Source of the DNA: an uncultured Desulfosarcina sp.
GTDB lineage: Bacteria > Desulfobacterota > Desulfobacteria > Desulfobacterales > Desulfosarcinaceae
Assembly: GCA_963674945.2 (NCBI GenBank)
Contig: CAXXWQ010000003.1
Coordinates: 2,400,001 to 2,464,000, forward strand
Reading direction: 5' to 3'
Length of the DNA stretch: 64,000 nt
Below the pieces are notes generated by a model. The model did not search any database. It was not told the origin of the DNA and saw nothing but the letters and a program-made list of their open reading frames with translations. Shown in pieces: positions 63,095 through 64,000 of this stretch (its first letter is position 1; each line of letters opens with the position of its first letter). The translations under genes and the position numbers were made by a program.

Positions 63095-63952
63095 TTATTG
63101 ATTTTTGGATAACGGTTCGCCTTCCAGATAGTGTCGATCGATCCGGCGATGAATGACCGGAAGGGATTTGGGATCGGGCGGGACGAAATCGAAAATGGCT
63201 CGCAAGAAACTCACGGTGATCCGGTAGGTGGCGCCCCATAGCAGTTCGTTCTGGTCATGGTCGCGATGGATGAAACATGGAAACTCCCTTTGGGACATTT
63301 TCAACGGCTCGCGGTTCATTACTCGTCCGGACATGACAATTCGTCCGTAATGCTGGGCGCACAGGAGATCCGCCAAGGGGATTCGAATGATTTTGTCCAC
63401 CTCCCAATTCGGGAAGAAACGCTGCTGGCGGTCGATCCATACAGCCAATGGATAGATGAACCGCTCGAATAAAACCAGTTGCTGAACCGGCATCGGTCCT
63501 AAAAAGGTAACGCCGAAGGGGTTGAGCCGCATCTCTTCCAGCCCCTCCCGAAGCGCCGTTGTCAAGAGAATGGACAATTTGGCATAGTCATCGCTTCGAT
63601 ACCGACGCCACCATTTTCGATGGGGCCATCGGAAAAGAGGTGTCGCCGGCAAATCGAGCCATTTGGCGAGAAAAAGATCCAGTTTCGGTGAAATGCCGCC
63701 ACCGGGACAACACAGATCCCCGGCCTGGCGAACGTGGGGGGATCGCCTGTTCAATATCAATTCAGGGGTGCCGTCGGGGGCAGTGCCAAGAAGAAACAGG
63801 ACCGCGGAAATGGTGTGCAAATCACCGTTGGCTGTAAACCCGAAGGAAGCCGGCCAGTGGTATTGGAGACGTTTTTGAACAAGCCGAAGGAAAGCGGACC
63901 GAGATGAAGCAGAATCCACTCCGATGGTACCTGGAGATTGCATCGGGATCAT
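63095..63952 (-). CDS. NUDIX (CoA pyrophosphatase-like) hydrolase
   Basis: QAGDLCCPGG, ALREGLEE, LWGAT. Confidence 0.85.
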   Translation of the reverse strand: MIPMQSPGTIGVDSASSRSAFLRLVQKRLQYHWPASFGFTANGDLHTISAVLFLLGTAPDGTPELILNRRSPHVRQAGDLCCPGGGISPKLDLFLAKWLDLPATPLFRWPHRKWWRRYRSDDYAKLSILLTTALREGLEEMRLNPFGVTFLGPMPVQQLVLFERFIYPLAVWIDRQQRFFPNWEVDKIIRIPLADLLCAQHYGRIVMSGRVMNREPLKMSQREFPCFIHRDHDQNELLWGATYRITVSFLRAIFDFVPPDPKSLPVIHRRIDRHYLEGEPLSKNQ

Positions 63953-64000
63953 TTGTCTGCCTCTCCCCTTTTCCTTTCCGGTACCTGCTCCTTTTGTGGC

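Overview
The right half (37.1-64 kb) is ordinary chromosome: tadA, purA, tRNA-Pro, typA, hybrid kinases, HDOD/PilZ proteins, SMUG1, Dus and one IS1380. The gene content suggests a Desulfobacterota-like host (inference). The left half holds two islands integrated in tandem at the 3' end of a minus-strand tRNA-Arg(ACG) (36992-37068). Island 2 is complete (~29.2 kb, 7857-37040), bounded by a 50-bp direct repeat of the tRNA 3' half. It resembles a capsid-less phage-satellite-like element: integrase, RelE/XRE TA pair, Xis/AlpA-like protein, TopoVI-A-like protein, primase-helicase with iterons, frameshifted SF2 helicase plus an apparently inactive paralog, SpoVG-like and TerS-like genes. It also carries a STAND-like ATPase with an RxxxxH motif, a c4-type antisense RNA ahead of seven coupled, apparently paralogous small acidic proteins, a second wHTH/iteron module, a decayed BRO gene, and a Sec-exported fibre/RHS toxin/immunity cluster. 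Island 1 (left end outside the window) has its own integrase, a sigma-like gene, a long structured non-coding tract, small acidic ORFs and an orphan C5 methyltransferase. The best novelty candidates are the c4-controlled paralog array, the PAAR-less RHS/fibre cluster, the ATPase-HEPN-like gene and the dead helicase paralog. All calls come from reading motifs by eye; no searches were run.
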